NCBI GenBank assembly: GCA_963701075.1
Contig: OY969559.1
Coordinates: 416,001-480,000 of the forward strand
Direction: 5' to 3'
Origin: an uncultured Nitrososphaerota archaeon
GTDB taxonomy: Archaea > Thermoproteota > Nitrososphaeria > Nitrososphaerales > Nitrosopumilaceae
DNA length: 64,000 nucleotides
Shown here: piece by piece, positions 43,251 to 53,021 of the stretch
Position numbering within the stretch: the first letter of the stretch is position 1
How the letters are laid out: every line of letters starts with the position of its first letter
Translations under genes and position numbers: made by a program
The notes under the pieces: model-generated
Databases searched by the model: none
What the model was told of the DNA's origin: nothing
The model's input: only the letters and a program-made list of their open reading frames with translations

Positions 43251-43622
43251 GATATCACTACTTCTAGTTTTGATTTAATGGATCTCATTGAAGTAGAGCT
43301 GACTTTGAGTAAAGGACTAGTCTTACAGGCTCAAATCCCTGATTTTGAATGAGTGTAATGGATTGGAGAGGAATCTGATCGCAGTTTTAGGAGAAGATCG
43401 CAATTTTCTTTTCGGTTCAGTTTCCCACTAAAATTGGATGAGAGAATCGTATTTTGGTATCTCCAAACTCGAACTCTTTTTTATTGTTCTTCATGTGTGT
43501 TATTGCGTGGTTTACAATAAAGCCATTGTTGAACTGTGTTAAGTAACAATGTTAATTCTCATGCGTAATTTTCATGGGTTGCAAACTGTATATGGTATCT
43601 GCTTAAATCAAAGAAAGCCCTA

Positions 43623-44006
43623 TTGATATCGTTGAGCAGTATTCAGACCCGTCGCACAACAAATGGCATTCTTACTGCAAGCGTGGTCATACTTGCAATC
43701 ATTGCAGTATCAGCCATGCTTGAGCTGCATGCAATACCGCTTGCCCTGTCAGTGCCACTCTTTCTGGTTCCAGTCTCAGTCTATACCACAATAGTTGGCC
43801 TCAGGTACAAGCAGGCGCCTCGTCTCACACAAGACTATACTTACTATTTCACCTGGGCTGCAGTAATGCTATCAGTCGGTGTTTCGTGGATTCTTCTCTA
43901 TGAAAAGACGGGCATGATAATTGGGGTTATAGCTGTTCTCTCAATTGTGCTGGGCTATGTCTACCTCAACAAGATAAAATCTTCCAGGATTTACGAGAAT
44001 CAATAG
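43623..44006 (+). CDS. Four-TM membrane protein
   Basis: Four hydrophobic segments. Confidence 0.65.
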   Translation: MISLSSIQTRRTTNGILTASVVILAIIAVSAMLELHAIPLALSVPLFLVPVSVYTTIVGLRYKQAPRLTQDYTYYFTWAAVMLSVGVSWILLYEKTGMIIGVIAVLSIVLGYVYLNKIKSSRIYENQ

Positions 44007-44098
44007 AGAGATTGGTTGATCTATTCTTTCTAATTGTTTAACGGATTTCTCAGACCAAATAACTTTCCAAATCACCTATACTCATCGTATGCTTGAGC

Positions 44099-44605
44099 CT
44101 ATAATTTCGCAAAAAATACCATGTCTCTCTTTATGAGACTAGTCTTGTATTCATCACCAGTAATAGATTGTATAACTTTCCAGTCAATGTCATCAAGCCT
44201 GTTTTTTGCAATGTTTCTAAGATCATCAGAATCCTGCTCCCTCTGTGCAGTATGCTTAGCAACCACGAGCGCTTCTAGGCCTATCACTCTAATACTTCCT
44301 TTTTTGCCAACTGGAAATTTCTTTGAATATTTTACGATTGCGCCAAATGGAACTCCTGGTATGTCCCTTGCATAGATGTCAATCTTGATGCCTCGTGGGG
44401 TAAACCAAGGTTGTTTGCCCGTCATTGATTTGTAGTAGTGTTTTGATAGCATGTACTCATCTGAGATTGATTTTTGTATCACAAAGTCAATATCTTGTGA
44501 ATCCCTTGCCTTTTTTGTATGTGCGTATACTGCAAGCGCACCAATAAAAATTACGTCGCCTAATTCCTGCGTTATCTTGAGTGATTCATTTAGTAGCTTA
44601 TTCAA
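44099..44605 (-). CDS. AbiEii-like nucleotidyltransferase
   Basis: IGALAV......R.SQDID, K.....EQD..D. Confidence 0.75.
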   Translation of the reverse strand: MNKLLNESLKITQELGDVIFIGALAVYAHTKKARDSQDIDFVIQKSISDEYMLSKHYYKSMTGKQPWFTPRGIKIDIYARDIPGVPFGAIVKYSKKFPVGKKGSIRVIGLEALVVAKHTAQREQDSDDLRNIAKNRLDDIDWKVIQSITGDEYKTSLIKRDMVFFAKL

Positions 44606-45266
44606 CTTTCAAAGCTTGCATGTCGTCTTGTATTTTTAGAACATCTTCAATATTGAATCTGCCCTTTATACGGAGTTTATCCCCGTGCTTTCACTCAATA
44701 GCAATAGCGTCCAGAATACTACGACCTCCCTTGGCAATACAGTCTAGATACACCTGTTCTGTGTTTTTTCTGAAACTATGCTGTTTCTGGAGAAGGACAA
44801 CGTGTCCTTGAGTTCCTTGACTGAATCCTTTAGATTTTAGAAAATTAGAGGTTTTTTTAATATCATCTACATATACATACAGATCCATAGGGGTTTGATA
44901 TCCCGTAAGATCCCATGCAGCATAATCAAGTGTCACAAATGCATTTTCTGGAAGATTGTTTTTTAAAAAATTAACATCGGAGATGTGATATTTCCTTCCA
45001 AAACGCCTCGCAGTCTTTAACGCAAGAAGCGATGGAATAAGATGTTGCAGAAGATCCATTGGTTGTCTTGCAGCTTGGTTGATTTGAAACTGGCCTCTGT
45101 GAACTGTAGCTAGCCCCAGAGATTCTAAAGCGCGTAATCTTCGATATGCCGTTGGTACTGAACCCGCAATACCTACTGCATCCTCTTTTATTCCATAGGA
45201 GATCCTAGGCGGCAGCATAGAGGCAAATTTTATTCCAGATTCAATCTCAGACGAGATTACTTGCAT
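44598..45266 (-). pseudogene. AbiEi-like partner with an in-frame TGA at 44691-44693
   Basis: N-terminal wHTH, YAAW.LT.Y...D.YVY, EQVYLD; frame continues 30 codons past the TGA to overlap the toxin start. Confidence 0.6.
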
Positions 45267-45392
45267 ACTAGTTATATGTGTGGGGTGTACTTATATAGTT
45301 ATATCATAATTGATAATTATATAAGCCATTATTCTCACACTTTAAAACTAGATTGTATGACATAGAGATGAGCTAGCCCATTAAAAGACAAG

Positions 45393-45761
45393 CTATCTTA
45401 TTCCATCAGTCTTGGCATTTCTCTCAATCTTCAACAGGTGTTCATATGCCTCTATCTCTTTTCTCCTAAGTTCTGGATCTGCCGTACTGTTTGCATTTCT
45501 TGAGGCCTCCTCAAGTTGCCTCATTGCTCTCTTGAGATTCTTCCTGGCTTTATACAGCTCACGCACGGCCTGCCTGTCTCGTGAGCTGCGGGCAGCCTCT
45601 CTTGCCTCTTCCCACTGAATCCTTGTCTCAAGCAATTTGGGATCATATTCCGGAGGCAATGGTTGCAGATCTCCGCACTCTTCATTTAATGATACCAGTA
45701 AATGATTTTGAACTGGCAGAAGAAAAGTGGCTTGCCTACCAAAAAATTGGTAAGTCATCAC
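45393..45761 (-). CDS. Hypothetical coiled-coil protein or fragment
   Basis: Charged helical ORF; start uncertain. Confidence 0.4.
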   Translation of the reverse strand: MMTYQFFGRQATFLLPVQNHLLVSLNEECGDLQPLPPEYDPKLLETRIQWEEAREAARSSRDRQAVRELYKARKNLKRAMRQLEEASRNANSTADPELRRKEIEAYEHLLKIERNAKTDGIR

Positions 45762-45773
45762 CTTAACATGGTA

Positions 45774-46055
45774 CTAGTCCTTTGCTTTCTTGCGTTTTTC
45801 TTTTCTGTGTGTCTTGATCTCCGCTACCACATTGTTTTCGCCAAGTTTTAGACCCTTCTTACTTATTTTCTGGAATATGCTACTCCATTCTTTTTTAAGG
45901 TCAGGTATGTCGAGCTTTCTCATTACGATATTGCCATCTATGGCAAATACGACGAATTTGGTCTTGGGTCTTATTCCAAGGCGTTTTCTAAGCTCCTGCG
46001 GTATGACTACCTGTCCCTTTTCACTCATTGTAGTGATCTCTGGGTCTTCTAGCAT
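45774..46055 (-). CDS. AbrB/MazE/SpoVT DNA-binding protein
   Basis: MSEKGQVVIPQELRKRLGI. Confidence 0.88.
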   Translation of the reverse strand: MLEDPEITTMSEKGQVVIPQELRKRLGIRPKTKFVVFAIDGNIVMRKLDIPDLKKEWSSIFQKISKKGLKLGENNVVAEIKTHRKEKRKKAKD

Positions 46056-46400
46056 TTTTATCAGTAAGATTATTTTACTTTTTTACTATTTATACTAGTC
46101 TCACAACAAATGACATTCTCACTGCAAGCGCGATAATACTTGCAATCATTGCGGTATCGAGGTGTTTTTGCTTGGCTCTTGACTATCTTTTTTGTTTCTC
46201 ACTTGTCACGACATAGATAGCTTTTCTATTCTTTTTCATGCCTAGGGGTTTCATACTTACTAGATAATCCAGTTTGAATTGATGGAGCTTTGTTCTAGAT
46301 TTGCAAATGCCCAGTCTTTCCATATTGACATGTTTTATGGTTACCCTTACATTTTACAGAAAATTGATAATTATATAAATATGTAAGGGTAACTGTATTC

Positions 46401-47285
46401 ATGGCCGCAATTAAGAAAAAAATACTGAAAGGACAGACATACTACTATCTAGAACAGAGCTTCAGAGAGGGCGGAAAGGTGCAGACAAGGGAGATCTATC
46501 TTGGAAGAAAGATTCCACATGATATCGAGAAGATCAAAAAAGAATTGCTCGACGAGATCTACAGCAAGCGATGGTATGCAGACATTGAGAGAATAAGAAA
46601 GAACTTTGCAAAGAACCAGAAAGCCATGCCAAAGACCATCAAGGAAAAAGAGCTGGAAAACTTTGCCGTCAACTTTACCTATGACACGCAGAAAATAGAG
46701 GGCTCGACTCTCACACACAGAGAGACTGCAGACCTCTTGGAAAGGGGCATAACCCCAAAGAGCAAGCCGATGAGGGATGTGCAGGAAGCAGAGGCCCACA
46801 GGGACTTGTTCTTCGAGATCCTAAGGTCAGAGAAGGATCTTTCACTGAGGTATGTTACAGGATGGCACTGGAAACTGTTCAACAAAACCAAGCCTGACAT
46901 TGCCGGAAAGATAAGAAGAAAACAGGTGACCATATCTGCAAGCAAGTTTGTGCCGCCAGCACCAGTAGAAGTCTATCCAATGCTGACAGAATTTTTCCAG
47001 TGGTACAACAAAAATAAAAATAAACTGCATCCAGTAGAGCTTGCGGCACTTGCTCACCTAAAGTTTGTCACCATACATCCCTTTGGAGATGGAAACGGGA
47101 GAATCTCAAGACTGATTATGAACTTTATACTTGACAGGAAAAAGTATCCAATGCTTGATATACCATACGAGGGAAGAGATGGCTACTACAATTCACTTGA
47201 GAGATCACAGTTGAAAAAAGAGGACATGATATTTCTCCAATGGTTTGCAAAGAGGTACATCAAGGAACACAAGATGTATCTCTAG
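46401..47285 (+). CDS. Fic family AMP-transferase
   Basis: Canonical HPFGDGNGRISR; T.KIEG inhibitory-type motif. Confidence 0.92.
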   Translation: MAAIKKKILKGQTYYYLEQSFREGGKVQTREIYLGRKIPHDIEKIKKELLDEIYSKRWYADIERIRKNFAKNQKAMPKTIKEKELENFAVNFTYDTQKIEGSTLTHRETADLLERGITPKSKPMRDVQEAEAHRDLFFEILRSEKDLSLRYVTGWHWKLFNKTKPDIAGKIRRKQVTISASKFVPPAPVEVYPMLTEFFQWYNKNKNKLHPVELAALAHLKFVTIHPFGDGNGRISRLIMNFILDRKKYPMLDIPYEGRDGYYNSLERSQLKKEDMIFLQWFAKRYIKEHKMYL

Positions 47286-47440
47286 ATTGTTTTGTTTGCC
47301 TTTTTACATGGTATGATATCATCATGGAATCATTGTATGATAAAATCTTGAGTAAGAATGTATGACTAGCCACGGATTATAGTAACTATCAGGAACAAAG
47401 TTCAGAAATTGTTATAACAGCGAAGGTAGTTTACTATGGC

Positions 47441-47722
47441 ATGAGCATCATAGAGACAACGCATGGAAAGCTCTTGGTTATGACATTAGGTGTTGCAATG
47501 ATTGCTGCATTTGGGGGTTCCATGGCGTATGCACAGACTACACAGGGTCTGAGCCAGACTTTGATACAGGGCCAGGGATTTCAAATGAATTATGATAACA
47601 TGTTTAGTTTGGGTCATGGCGGAATTGGTCCCATAGGAATGTGTCATGATGGAAATATGAGCGACTCTCAGATACCTGGCAACACAATCCCTAGTAGCAC
47701 AACTGGCCAAAGTCAGACATAG
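47441..47722 (+). CDS. Small secreted protein
   Basis: Signal peptide ending AYA; G/M-rich tail. Confidence 0.5.
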   Translation: MSIIETTHGKLLVMTLGVAMIAAFGGSMAYAQTTQGLSQTLIQGQGFQMNYDNMFSLGHGGIGPIGMCHDGNMSDSQIPGNTIPSSTTGQSQT

Positions 47723-47788
47723 CTCCCAAAAACTTGTTTTGATGTAATACCAAGGCTTAGTTTTGTCACTGTACAAGCTATAAACCAT

Positions 47789-48592
47789 TTAGGATTGATT
47801 TGAAAAATCAGAAAGCGATCGCTGCTTTGTGTCAGTCCAGGTTACATAAGATAGTCCCATCAAGACCCTCAGCTTGTTGGCAGTAACTGGGGCAAATCCC
47901 TCAAAGTGGTTGTTTGCCATTGCGACTGCAAGCAAAACTTGGTTTTTTACTGAATCAAGCTTCTCTGCCCATTTTTCCATCAGATGGCTTTGGTCTTTTT
48001 GGATCTTGCCAAACTCGCTTTCTGGTATTGACCTATCACCAATCAATCTAAGATAGACAAAGTCTGTGGTCACAGGAGCTGGGTTTGAGACACCTTCTAC
48101 TTCGTTCCAGACAAGGCAGAGGTTTTTGTCCCCCAGATACTTGCATGATTCTTCTGTGAACCATGACGGGTGCCTTCCTTCAACTGCGTAACGGTAGTTT
48201 TTTGGGAGGTGGTTTACCATCTTTTCTAGATTGGGTTTTGCTTCTGCAAATGACAACGACGGCGGTAGCTGTATCACCAGAATCTTCATCTTGGATTCTA
48301 AAGGCTTGATGGAATTGATGAATTGATCCAAGTAGGGGCCTGGCCTGAGTCTGTTGTCATGAGTGATGATTTTTGGAAGCTTGGCAGTAAAAATAAAGTT
48401 CTGTGGGGTGTCAGAGAACCATTTGCTTGTCATTGACTGTGTTGGAATCCTGTAGAATGTGGAATTTATCTCTGTAATATCAAATATGGATGAATAGTGT
48501 TTTAGGTATTCGGTCTCCTTCATGGCTTTAGGATAAAAGGGTCCTATCCATCCTTGGTAGCTCCAGCCAGTACAGCCAATTTTCAGGTCCAT
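47789..48592 (-). CDS. DUF72 (YecE) family protein
   Basis: IGCTGWSY..W.G.FYP, EINSTFY, QLPPS, YLRL.G, NNHFEG.A. Confidence 0.92.
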   Translation of the reverse strand: MDLKIGCTGWSYQGWIGPFYPKAMKETEYLKHYSSIFDITEINSTFYRIPTQSMTSKWFSDTPQNFIFTAKLPKIITHDNRLRPGPYLDQFINSIKPLESKMKILVIQLPPSLSFAEAKPNLEKMVNHLPKNYRYAVEGRHPSWFTEESCKYLGDKNLCLVWNEVEGVSNPAPVTTDFVYLRLIGDRSIPESEFGKIQKDQSHLMEKWAEKLDSVKNQVLLAVAMANNHFEGFAPVTANKLRVLMGLSYVTWTDTKQRSLSDFSNQS

Positions 48593-49164
48593 GGTTTCAT
48601 CTAGTTGTGGGTATTTTTTAATTCATGAGATGGCCAAAAGCTGGTTTTTCAATTGAGATCAAATCTTGGCCTGTATTGCACATCAAAGCCTGGGCAGTAG
48701 GCTGCAAATTCCTTTATGCTAATGACCTTGCAGATTTTGTCTTGTAGTTCTGAATGTTCGGCAAATTTTTGCCTGCAGATTGGGCATTTTTGCGGAAGGT
48801 TCAATGAAATGAATTAGCATACTTAATTATTAAAATATGTAGGTACACCTGGCCTACCAAAAGATTGGCAAGTCATTTCCATCAAACCAGTTTGTTTTGT
48901 GCGGCATGTCATTTTAGATGAGAACATGAAATCAATTTTGAAAAATGACGCAATTGCGTCAAATTTGTGCGTGAAAAATGACGCAAAATAAAAAATGATG
49001 ATTTCTGAGCTTGTAATCAATCAAGTATTGTTTTGTACAAATAATTTGAGTCAAAAAAGCGATTTTTGAGCTGATCTAGAAAAATATATTTTTGCAACAA
49101 TTTTTTTGCAAAATGAATTTTTTTCCATAATGGATAAAAATAAGTAAAAACTTGACACAAGTAA

Positions 49165-49560
49165 ATGTCAGAGGAAACAAAAGATCAAGAATACGTTTCG
49201 GAAAGCCAAGTGGAGTCCTTGTTTTCACTGTTCACCGATACCGAGGAGGAACTGGCAAAGAAATGGAAGTGTAGTCGCTCTACCATTACAAGAAAAAAAC
49301 ACAAGATCCGAAAAGCCGCCAACAAAATGTTGAGCACGGTTATTGGTGGCGATTATACCGTGTTTTTCAAAATGTTGGTTGGAAGAAGCGCGAGCCGCTC
49401 TGATGCACTCGAAGAGATGCAAAACAACTTGACAGATCCTCAAGAAAAACTAGATGTGATGAAAGGTGCTAGAGAGGAGGATATACATTTTCTCAAGATT
49501 TTGAAAGAGGGTCCAGTCGCTGATGCGTTGGAAAAATTAGGTGGACGACAAGATGAGTAG
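49165..49560 (+). CDS. HTH protein; putative terminase small subunit
   Basis: TEEELAKKWKCSRSTITR HTH followed by a helical region; abuts TerL. Confidence 0.6.
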   Translation: MSEETKDQEYVSESQVESLFSLFTDTEEELAKKWKCSRSTITRKKHKIRKAANKMLSTVIGGDYTVFFKMLVGRSASRSDALEEMQNNLTDPQEKLDVMKGAREEDIHFLKILKEGPVADALEKLGGRQDE

Positions 49561-51157
49561 AGAAATAATAAATTTACTCAAAAGACATGGATACGACGTT
49601 TCGTCCTATGCTGCATATTCCAGAAGCATATCAAGTGTCATTGAAGAGATACCGCCAAGCCTTATTAATTTTTCACTGAAATACAGAATACTTCACGGGA
49701 TTCCTTTTACCTTTGATGAGCGGCCATATCTTACCAAGATTTATCTCGATCAAAGTCACGAAATTAACATAGTAAAGCCGCGGCAGATGGAGATCACTGA
49801 ATTTGGGTTGAACTGGCTGCTGCACAATCTGTTATTGCACAAGCATTCTGTTGGGCTATATGTGTCAGACAGATTTGAGCACGTAAAAATTTTTTCAAAT
49901 CTTAGGCTTCGCCAGTGGGCAATTGAAAGCTCGCCGAAATTGGAAAAACTTGTCAACCCAAAAAAGGGAAGCAGCTCATGGCTGCCGTTCAAGAATGGTT
50001 CCAACCTCTACATGTTGTCAGCCTGGGGGGACTTCGAGGCAACACGTTCAATCCCTGCCGATTTTGTCGTCGTAGACGAAATGCAATCTGTAAATGTAGA
50101 AGCATTGCCTGTCTTGCAAGAGACCATGGCAAAGTCAAGATTTAAAAAAATTCTCAAGATTGGGACCGGCAGTGACGAGGGAGATGCATGGTGGAAAGAA
50201 TGGTATCGTGGCACAAGGTACGAGTGGCAAAAAATAGGCATTGATCCTCTTACCGGGATTCAAATATTAGACTGGGTTAGCCAGTCCAGTGCTCCCATAG
50301 TCGGAGTTAATTCTTACCATTTGGATCAGCAAATGGCACCATGGATACAGCAGACAGATATCGAATACAAACGAAATGCATACTCACCGCGAAGATTTGC
50401 CAATGAGGTGTTGGGTTTGTGGTTCAAGGGTATGCGCAAGCCATTGCTTGAAGCTGATATTAGGGCCCTTATGGACCGTACTATCGACTTTACCTATTCA
50501 GTAAACGTGGATCATACTCTAGGACCTGTATATGCAGGCTTTGACTGGGGAGGGGGGACACAATCCCATACTGTTGTATGGATCTGGCAAGTTATCAACA
50601 ATGACTTGCCGCGCTTTAGGTTGTTGTATGTTACAAAGCTTGACGATCCATCAACTGAAAAGCAGGCAAATCAGGCAATTGAGTTGATTGACAATTATGA
50701 AGTGGACCGTATCGTAATGGATGCAGGCGGCGGACCACGCCAGGTTGAAAAGCTCTCAGATCGTTATGCAGAGCGAGTCTACAAGGCACATTATCTTTCA
50801 AGACCCGAAAAACCATTTGAGCCAATAGACAGTAAAAGAAGAATCAATGTTGACAGGACTTGGATTATCGAGGCCATGATTGATTTAATTATAAGACCTG
50901 AAACCCGCGACGATTTTCCGCATCCAATTCCGCGATTAATTATTCCAGGCCATCCAGAAAGACTTGAGGAGGTAGAGTGGGTTATTGATAATTTCACCTG
51001 CATAGAGTCTGAAACGTCAAATGCTGCAGGCAGGCCACGGACCATTTACACACACCCCGCAGAATCTCCAGATGATGCACTTCATGCAGCTTGTTATGCT
51101 TACATGTGTTGGCTGTTGGATAACAAGGCAAAATGGTATTGGGAGAGATTATCTTAA
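49553..51157 (+). CDS. terL: Phage terminase large subunit (GpA-like)
   Basis: RPYL adenine motif, KPRQMEITE Walker A variant, VVVDE Walker B, IGT coupling motif, AGFDWG / MDAGG / PDDALHA nuclease residues. Confidence 0.82.
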   Translation: MSREIINLLKRHGYDVSSYAAYSRSISSVIEEIPPSLINFSLKYRILHGIPFTFDERPYLTKIYLDQSHEINIVKPRQMEITEFGLNWLLHNLLLHKHSVGLYVSDRFEHVKIFSNLRLRQWAIESSPKLEKLVNPKKGSSSWLPFKNGSNLYMLSAWGDFEATRSIPADFVVVDEMQSVNVEALPVLQETMAKSRFKKILKIGTGSDEGDAWWKEWYRGTRYEWQKIGIDPLTGIQILDWVSQSSAPIVGVNSYHLDQQMAPWIQQTDIEYKRNAYSPRRFANEVLGLWFKGMRKPLLEADIRALMDRTIDFTYSVNVDHTLGPVYAGFDWGGGTQSHTVVWIWQVINNDLPRFRLLYVTKLDDPSTEKQANQAIELIDNYEVDRIVMDAGGGPRQVEKLSDRYAERVYKAHYLSRPEKPFEPIDSKRRINVDRTWIIEAMIDLIIRPETRDDFPHPIPRLIIPGHPERLEEVEWVIDNFTCIESETSNAAGRPRTIYTHPAESPDDALHAACYAYMCWLLDNKAKWYWERLS

Positions 51158-51234
51158 TGGAAAAAAAGTTTTTGCTTCAACATTTTTGATCCTACTCCAT
51201 ATTTGTAAGACTGTGATAAGAAGATGAAGAAGAC

Positions 51235-51477
51235 ATGGTATTCAATCCCTTTGACAAAACCAAGACTGACGGCACCGGCAAGCCAAATCCAAGACAAATT
51301 AGAGACAAGAAGTTTATTTGCACTCTAGAAAAGATAGAAGTGGATGGAATGAAAATGGCAGAAAAAAGGCGCGCATACAAAGAATGGGCTTATGCAATTG
51401 CACATAAATACAATCTAACCAGGACTGATTTCACAGTAGATGAAAATACTTATGGCTTGTATTACCCAATTGAATGA
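51235..51477 (+). CDS. Hypothetical protein
   Basis: 80-aa ORF co-oriented with the terminase. Confidence 0.5.
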   Translation: MVFNPFDKTKTDGTGKPNPRQIRDKKFICTLEKIEVDGMKMAEKRRAYKEWAYAIAHKYNLTRTDFTVDENTYGLYYPIE

Positions 51478-51812
51478 ATGTAATTATCACCAATGTTGTG
51501 ATCTGAAAATTTAAAATGCCGGCGATTCCGAATATATTTTTTGGTTATCAATTTTTTTATGTCGCTCGCTTTTCAACGAGCAAATCGCCGACGGCTATTC
51601 TACGTGACAATAGTATTTCAACATGTCGAATGTTCAAAACGACATGAACTAAAAATATATTTTTCTAGATTACATTAAGATGGCTTTACATTAGAATTGA
51701 TGTATGTATTATTTGTCATCAATCTAGATCCTTATCTAGATCCATTTTGTAAAAATCGATCACGATAACAGTAGACAGGGACGATTCCGGAACAAGCCAT
51801 GTCAGGGCGTTT

Positions 51813-52493
51813 GTGACTGACTTTACAGGCGCCATGGGGTATTGTGAATTTCAGATACCGTTTTTCATAGAGGGTGTCAAGGCAGAGACTGTCCAGATGG
51901 CAGTAGGTACGCAATTCCATGAGCAGGCAGAGAAGATAGAGCGAGAGACTGCTGTTGTTATACCATTGACAAAGACAAAGCTGGAAGACAGACAAGCTGA
52001 TCTTAATTTCATTCGGGAAGATATACAGACTTTATTTTTTCAGGAGTTTGAGCTATCACGTGGCAGGGCCGCACTTGAGCTGCTTGGAAGAGCTGATAAG
52101 GTGATGCGCCACAAAGAGACCCTGATAATTTCTGATGACAAGCATACGTACAAGCCTGCCCGTCACGATTCCATGAAGGAGCCTTACGATAGCCAATTGC
52201 TCCAGGTACTAGCCTACCTTCATTCAAGATACTATCTGGGAGATTTGCTTGGCTGGGCTGAGATCCCACATACAAGAAAGATGTATCAGGTAAACATCAT
52301 TGACAGCAGGACCGGGTCAGTTTACAAGACGTATGAAAATGTTGTAGGAAAGAAAGATTCTGAGTTGCTTTTTGGCAATGCCTTGAAGTTTACCCAAAAG
52401 TGCTTGAATTTGGATGAGTTGGTGCATCATAATAGTAAAGCAAGGTGCAAGGCGTGTGGATATTTTGATGACTGTTCCAAGGCGCTTAGATGA
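51813..52493 (+). CDS. Solo Cas4-like PD-(D/E)XK nuclease with 4-Cys Fe-S staple
   Basis: YC..., G..FHE, GRAD, DDK, Q..AY, CxxCxxxxxC. Confidence 0.8.
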   Translation: MTDFTGAMGYCEFQIPFFIEGVKAETVQMAVGTQFHEQAEKIERETAVVIPLTKTKLEDRQADLNFIREDIQTLFFQEFELSRGRAALELLGRADKVMRHKETLIISDDKHTYKPARHDSMKEPYDSQLLQVLAYLHSRYYLGDLLGWAEIPHTRKMYQVNIIDSRTGSVYKTYENVVGKKDSELLFGNALKFTQKCLNLDELVHHNSKARCKACGYFDDCSKALR

Positions 52494-52780
52494 CTAGGTA
52501 ATTTTTACGCTATAAAAAGTCATTAAAAAATTACTTTATGCATATTCGATGTAGTATAATTATCAAAAGAATTTCTTGGTTTGAATGTAAACCATTCATT
52601 GACATCATGTATGTCATCTAATGCTAGACCTAACCTATTCCAAATAATTCAGGATCATTTTTGTAGATTCCATACAAGCCAACTAATACGCCCTCATTGT
52701 GAAGGGAGTTATTAGCGGATTCTTCCATCTGGCAACTTTTCCAGATACTATTTTATAAGACCCTCAAAGTTATGAGCAAT

Positions 52781-52855
52781 AACTGTTGCCCAGCAGGAAG
52801 CGAGACTGCCAGAGGCAGTAACGTCTGCGAAAATAGACATACGGCAGCAGTTTTT
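52781..52855 (+). ncRNA. Predicted structured small RNA, unit 1
   Basis: Closing stem aactgttgcc/ggcagcagtt; internal hairpins actgcc/ggcagt and gtct/agac; TATA-like box at 52751; T5 tract after. Confidence 0.6.
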
Positions 52856-52927
52856 CATCTTCTCTCATGAAGATCTGGAAAAGGCCCCAGATACTACCTT
52901 ATATCTTCGGGATACTATTAGTATTAC

Positions 52928-53015
52928 AGGCGAAGTTTGCCCAGCAGGAAGCGAGACTGCCAGAGGCAGTAACGTCTGCGAAAATAGACATACGGTGAAC
53001 CTCGCCTTTGTTTTA
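52928..53015 (+). ncRNA. Predicted structured small RNA, unit 2
   Basis: 59-bp core (52937-52995) identical to 52786-52844 with a different closing stem aggcgaagtttgcc/ggtgaacctcgcct; TATA-like box at 52897. Confidence 0.6.
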
Positions 53016-53021
53016 TGATAT

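Noticed and set aside
52786-52995. Mini CRISPR array next to the Cas4-like gene
   Set aside because: Only two 59-bp repeats with a 92-bp gap that holds a conserved promoter-like motif; sizes do not fit CRISPR and no cas1/cas2 is present
52781-53007. tRNA genes or att sites
   Set aside because: No TTCRA T-loop, no 7-nt anticodon loop and no CCA end
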